Assembly (NCBI GenBank): GCA_049591355.1
Contig: JBAWET010000048.1
Span: 1-58,994 of the forward strand
Reading direction: 5' to 3'
Source: Nitrososphaeraceae archaeon
Lineage (GTDB): Archaea > Thermoproteota > Nitrososphaeria > Nitrososphaerales > Nitrososphaeraceae
Length of the DNA: 58,994 nucleotides
The notes below the pieces were generated by a model, which saw only the letters and a program-made list of their open reading frames with translations, ran no database searches and was not told the origin of the DNA. A program made the position numbers and the translations under genes. Shown here piece by piece: positions 54,218 through 58,994 of the stretch; positions within the stretch are counted from its first letter, which is position 1; every line of letters begins with the position of its first letter.

Positions 54218-54449
54218 CAGCGAGATACATGAGACTTATACCTAATCATATATTTAACTATGAGTTGCTTGTGAAGTAGGAGAATGATCCCAGCAGAGTA
54301 ATGTATCGGTAATAGTGGAATGTAGTACAATGGAAAATGATCCTTCATTGGGTCATCATTTAGTTAAGGGAGGCCCCTTATGTATTTGAGATAAATAACT
54401 TATGAATGAAGGATAACAGAGCGCTATGCAGAACTGAAGTTTATGAGAT

Positions 54450-54800
54450 CATTTAGTAACAAATTAGCTGTTCAATCCAAAGAACTTAAAGATTTAATAT
54501 GGTAACGCTGTCTGGTGTGGATTCAAGTGGATTAGAAGGAAAGACTTCAATAGTAAAGCCGTTTAGCTCCAGTACTTGCTCCTTGTTATCAAAGTATATA
54601 CCTAACCTTCGTTCAAAAATGTTCTTCAGATGTCTTATTAACTTGGTTGTGATATCAATGTTAGGTCCTGTAACTATACACATCTGACTGGTCCAATATC
54701 CCTGGTCTTTTGTGGATAGCCAGGCCATTTGCCTCAATAGGAATTCAGTAACGACCGAACCGAGGACCTTCATGTCTCAGCGATGTTTGTCTTTATGGAC
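54450..54800 (-). pseudogene. Fragment of a terminase-large-subunit-like ATPase
   Basis: KDKH.*..KVLGSVVTEFLLRQMAWLS...SQMCIVTGPNIDI...LELNGFTIEVFPSN resembles, from memory, the Nitrososphaerales terminase-like family with a decayed Walker A; boundaries approximate. Confidence 0.55.
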
Positions 54801-55410
54801 GGGGTGATCCTGTCGATGGTAGCAGTGGTCTATTGAGGGCCACACAAGGTGGTCTATCAGTAGGAGAAGGTGTTCTCGGTGACTCTCCTCTCAGGTTATA
54901 CTACGCGGATGGGATACGCAATAGTTTCGGATTTAATTTTGACCCTGTAACAGGAAATATTTGGGATGCAGAAAATGGTGCTGATGACAAAGATGAAATC
55001 AATCTTGTAAAACCAGGATTTAACAGTGATTGGGACCAGGTTATGGGTTTACCTCCTAAGAGATTTGATCCTGAAAGGGATCTAGTAAGTTTTAATGGAA
55101 AGGGAAAGCCATCGGTCCAACGGCTCTACAATTCTTAAATTCAGCCAAACTTGGTAAGCAATACGAAAACAGCTTATTTGTAGGCGACGTAAATAACTAT
55201 GGTTTTACAATTTTAAATTAAATACAGATAGAACATCATTACTGCTAGAGGGACCACTTTTGGATCGCATAGCAAACACACCAGTAGAAGTACAAAGCAT
55301 AACTTTTGGGCAGGGTTTTGGCGTAATCACTGATCTAAAAATTGGTCCTGATGGCTACCTCTATTCTTAGTTACAATGGAACAATTTACAGAATAACGAA
55401 AATAGGAAAC
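54797..55410 (+). pseudogene. 3' fragment of a PQQ-dependent sugar/sorbosone dehydrogenase
   Basis: YYADGIRNSFGFNFDPVTGNIWDAENG..DEINLVKPGFNS, then in other frames IGPTALQFLNSAKLGKQYENSLFVGD and FGQGFGVITDLKIGPDGYLY; 5' half absent. Confidence 0.88.
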
Positions 55411-55616
55411 AAACGACGGAGGCGGAAAATCTTGGTAGCCTCTCGTTAACTTGCTAGCGGCTGGTCAGTTGTCAAGCGGAAAATAATCAAGATTGTTAAT
55501 GGCCCACTCGAGTACAAATTTCGTGGCGTTTTGAAATTCCAATCTCAACGGATCTTCCAAGAAGTCATCTAGATAGCCCCACATGAAATTATAAGAAAGA
55601 ATATTACTAGCATTAG

Positions 55617-56279
55617 ATGATCTCGATAGCAATGACGTATAAATTGGCGTCTACGGCTTTTGTTTTTCCCATTATTTTCTTGGTCTTAGCATTATTGCCT
55701 ACTAGTATAAGCGTTGCTTTCACTGACACCTTAGATTGTGGCGGTGAAAAACTGTGCGTCGGAACAAAAATAGCTGATATAATGGTGGGGGATAACACAT
55801 CGAATAGCATGATTGGCCTTGGAGGAATTGACGACATGGTTGGAATTGGAGGAGACGATAATATGAGTGGGAACGATCTGGCTGATCGTATGATAGGAGG
55901 AGAAGGCAATGACACTATTGCTGGTGGAAATGGGAGTGACGATATAATCGGGAGTACCGGAAATGACGAAATCTATGGAGGCTCAGGAGCGGACGAGATA
56001 ATTGGTGGAGAAGGCAATGACACCATTTTTGGTGGCGACGGTGGGGACACCATTATGGGGGGTCCCACTGATGATTTGATAGTTGGTGAAATGGGAACTG
56101 ATATAATGAATGGACAGGATGGGGATGACAAGATTTATCATGCGCTTTTAAATTCAACAACGACTGATGGAAGTAAAGATTTGGTCGTCTGCGGAGATGG
56201 GCAAGATGAAGTGTGGATTAATTCCAGTGTCGATGGAGATCAAGTTAGTGATGATTGTGAAATTATTCATCGAGGATAA
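55617..56279 (+). CDS. Secreted RTX/hemolysin-type calcium-binding repeat protein
   Basis: Signal peptide followed by many GGxGxDxI/L nonapeptide repeats. Confidence 0.9.
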   Translation: MISIAMTYKLASTAFVFPIIFLVLALLPTSISVAFTDTLDCGGEKLCVGTKIADIMVGDNTSNSMIGLGGIDDMVGIGGDDNMSGNDLADRMIGGEGNDTIAGGNGSDDIIGSTGNDEIYGGSGADEIIGGEGNDTIFGGDGGDTIMGGPTDDLIVGEMGTDIMNGQDGDDKIYHALLNSTTTDGSKDLVVCGDGQDEVWINSSVDGDQVSDDCEIIHRG

Positions 56280-56533
56280 GCCATTACTTTTACCATTAAT
56301 GTATACTGTACTGCCTCGTTCTCCTATCAAGATCCAGTATTAAGTAATTAGTGCATCGAAATTGTTGAGTGCCGTTAATAAACTCAACACACCGAACGTA
56401 AGAGATAAGGTACAACACGAATTTAGGCATGTGTCACGACGTACACGCCAACATGAAATAACCAGCATTGAACAAATTCTCCTATCGATCAAGTTTGGTA
56501 GACGTTTCTTCCTTTTAGAATATGACTCTATAA

Positions 56534-57310
56534 TTGGGGGTGAATAAATGGATTGATATAATCGTAGCTTCTCTGACTGTCATTTCCTTGGTCATAGTAC
56601 TGATTGATTATATTCTCACCCTCTCAGCAAGTCAAAAACTAACAGTTTATCTATTTGACTTAGCTGTAGTCATTTGTCTTGCATGGGACTTCTCGTCAAG
56701 AATCAAAGCTTCATCCCACAAGACTTCATACATACTAAAGCATTGGTATGAATTTCCAGCCATGTTGCCACTTATTCTTTATACTGTTGTAGATACTTCC
56801 ACGTTCATTGGAGTAATCATACACAATTTGCGATTTATTACTTTTTTCAGGGTGATCCGGCTTTATAATCTACTCTCACTTATTGGTGGAAGTGAATTTA
56901 TCCTTCTCGCAGGATTCTCAATATTTGCTATAGTTTTTGGTGCGATTGGCATTTATCTTGTTGAACCCGGAAATCCAAACGCCAATATAAAAAACTTGGA
57001 TGATGCGTTTTGGTGGTCAGTAAGCACCATATCAACCGTAGGTTATGGCGACGTGTATCCTGTTACTACAGAGGGTAGAATAATCGCAACAATTATTATG
57101 TTTGCAGGAATCGGAATTCTGGGTACGTTCATTTCCACAGTAGGTGCAAAACTAATATCAGAAAAATTGAAAAAAGACGTCCCTACAGTCAGGGATGACA
57201 CAAAAAGACTCATAAAAGAAAGAATAAACAAAATAGAAGTACTTAATCAAAAAGATTTTGACCTTCTGATTCGAATGATGAAAGACCTTCGGGAAGACAA
57301 GGAAATTTAA
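56534..57310 (+). CDS. KvAP-like potassium channel
   Basis: TISTVGYGDVYP filter, DAFWW pore helix and Arg-patterned S4 (LRFITFFRVIRLY). Confidence 0.93.
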   Translation: MGVNKWIDIIVASLTVISLVIVLIDYILTLSASQKLTVYLFDLAVVICLAWDFSSRIKASSHKTSYILKHWYEFPAMLPLILYTVVDTSTFIGVIIHNLRFITFFRVIRLYNLLSLIGGSEFILLAGFSIFAIVFGAIGIYLVEPGNPNANIKNLDDAFWWSVSTISTVGYGDVYPVTTEGRIIATIIMFAGIGILGTFISTVGAKLISEKLKKDVPTVRDDTKRLIKERINKIEVLNQKDFDLLIRMMKDLREDKEI

Positions 57311-57728
57311 CTACAATGTTAAATGCCTTATTGGCGACAAAGACTATCGTATGTTTCTATCAAGAGAAACATTCATGATACATTGTTAGGTTACTATTTT
57401 GGCCGTAAATTTGAATTGTCATCTGTTGCCTTAGGGTAATTTTGAAGTACATGTTTGTGTAATGCCCATCAGTAATATTACCCAATCCACTGATTCACGT
57501 GTAGTATATGGATAGTTGGCCTATTCACGAGTGAGGGACTTTATCTTTTAGATTGGGACATCTTTTTATGCATTAAAACAACAATGCCATATACTCTCAG
57601 CACAATTTTTACGATAATAACTTCTGCCCTGACCACAGGTTGAACCTTGCGACGGTAAACCCAAAATCACATAAGTTACATTTGACATTCTGCTCTTATG
57701 GCATAACCGAAAATATGCGATCTCTCAA

Positions 57729-57764
57729 ATCCAGATCCAGATCCAGATCCAGATTCAAGATCCA
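57729..57764 (+). repeat. Hexamer microsatellite (ATCCAG)4 plus degenerate copies
   Basis: ATCCAG ATCCAG ATCCAG ATCCAG ATTCAAG ATCCA. Confidence 0.85.
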
Positions 57765-58515
57765 TAATGACTTTTATATCGATACCGTCGTCCAATCCCA
57801 ATCAACAATTCTAAATACCAATACTATTGATTCGGAAGAAGTTTACACAAGATTTCTTTCGTACTTCGTTAAAGCAATAATGAAAAGCACAATTTGATGT
57901 TTACTGTATTTTTATTTATAATCTGGTTGGTCCATCCATATTTTTCCGATACTCTCCACAAAGAATAATAAGAATTATTACCTCTGGGCCTCCAAATTAT
58001 ATCTGGAGCTTGTTGTCAAGGAAATCTATAACAAGGAGTGTTCTGTAGTTAGGATTGCCACAACATAATTACTATGATCGGGATTCTTTTCTACAAACTT
58101 ACTCTGCAAAGTCTTTTCTATTTTAATTCCATGGTTCATGTCTTCTGCAGCAGTGGTATTTGAGATATCAGTGCTCAAGGAGGTGGATTTAGAGTATTTA
58201 ATTTCGCCGTGATGGAAAACTATATGGTATTGATATGATACGTAGAACAGCCGACCTATAATGACCATGAGAACGTAATCACCATTGATGAGTTTATTGA
58301 TAAATAAAACAAGAAATCTATAGTTGCGATCAAAATTATTTACTCTCATTGCATCCCAATCCGTGATCAAAAGTATCATGGTTCATGAGATTGAAATTGG
58401 CCCTTTACCTTATCAATTCACGCATGATCATGATTTTGAACCCCACATGCTCGTTCCGTCAATTTTTAACCAAATGCTCCTACTACGCTAATATCTTAAA
58501 TGGAATCTCCTTTTT

Positions 58516-58728
58516 TCACTGTTTCTCTAAAATGCTGGCGTTTAATTTTGACTTGTACTTTTTGTTTCTGGGTCTTGTCCTCAATCGATAGCCACAACAA
58601 GGACACCAGAATCCATCCCACATAATAAATACATCGCATACTTGACAACGCTTCTGCCCTACCATATACCGTCCAACTCCGGTTGGTTTTTGAGCTCTTA
58701 GGCGAATACATCTTCCTTTACATGTCAC
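58516..58728 (-). CDS. Small Cys-rich zinc-binding protein
   Basis: MTCKGRC...GRY..GQKRCQVC...WCPCCGYRLRT.PR. Confidence 0.8.
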   Translation of the reverse strand: MTCKGRCIRLRAQKPTGVGRYMVGQKRCQVCDVFIMWDGFWCPCCGYRLRTRPRNKKYKSKLNASILEKQ

Positions 58729-58994
58729 TAGAATTATCTCCTCAAATTGAACAGTTTGTTATAGACTTCTTTATAACAAAAATGTCCTTAAACGGTGAAC
58801 CATTTTGTTTATGTTATGTTATTAACGAAATGTGCTTCAATCTCATTCAATCTATCAAGATAGCCGTCCAGTTCACGAAGGTGCGAGAATGACGAATCTG
58901 TTCGGATTCTCTCTAAAAATGACAAGACTTCATCATTTTTTACTCCATGTCGCATATCATATTTGATCCTTCTGCAAACCTTTTCAATACCGCC

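Noticed and set aside
57640..57897. 85-aa ORF containing SRSRSRSR
   Set aside because: The repeat derives from the ATCCAG microsatellite; no other coding evidence
57960..58500. Possible decayed NAD(P)-dependent oxidoreductase on the minus strand, including ORF 58026-58379
   Set aside because: Only vague resemblance with many stops; not supportable without a search

Overview
AT-rich archaeal chromosomal window. Gene content (Rpo6, eS17, uL2, eL13, Cdc48, Cgi121, archaeal ADH/DHQ shikimate route, PurP, MpgS, NurA-HerA, short CtaA) suggests an ammonia-oxidising archaeon, probably Nitrososphaeraceae; this placement is inferred. The first ~50 kb is mostly housekeeping. The region ~51-59 kb is decaying accessory DNA with a proline dehydrogenase pseudogene, a PQQ/GSDH pseudogene and a terminase-like ATPase relic. 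The main finding is in carB, which is interrupted in its conserved GEAGE/FDYSG motif by a 34-nt insert (2342-2375). The insert folds into an archaeal bulge-helix-bulge/loop splice motif. Cutting after the second nucleotide of each bulge restores GGC-GAA-TTT-GAT-TAC (G-E-F-D-Y) and a ~1080-aa CarB, so this is a candidate tRNA-type intron in a metabolic mRNA. Neither carA nor carB has a canonical start codon at the expected position. I saw no rRNA, tRNA, CRISPR array or intact transposase. All product calls come from motif recognition, with no database searches.
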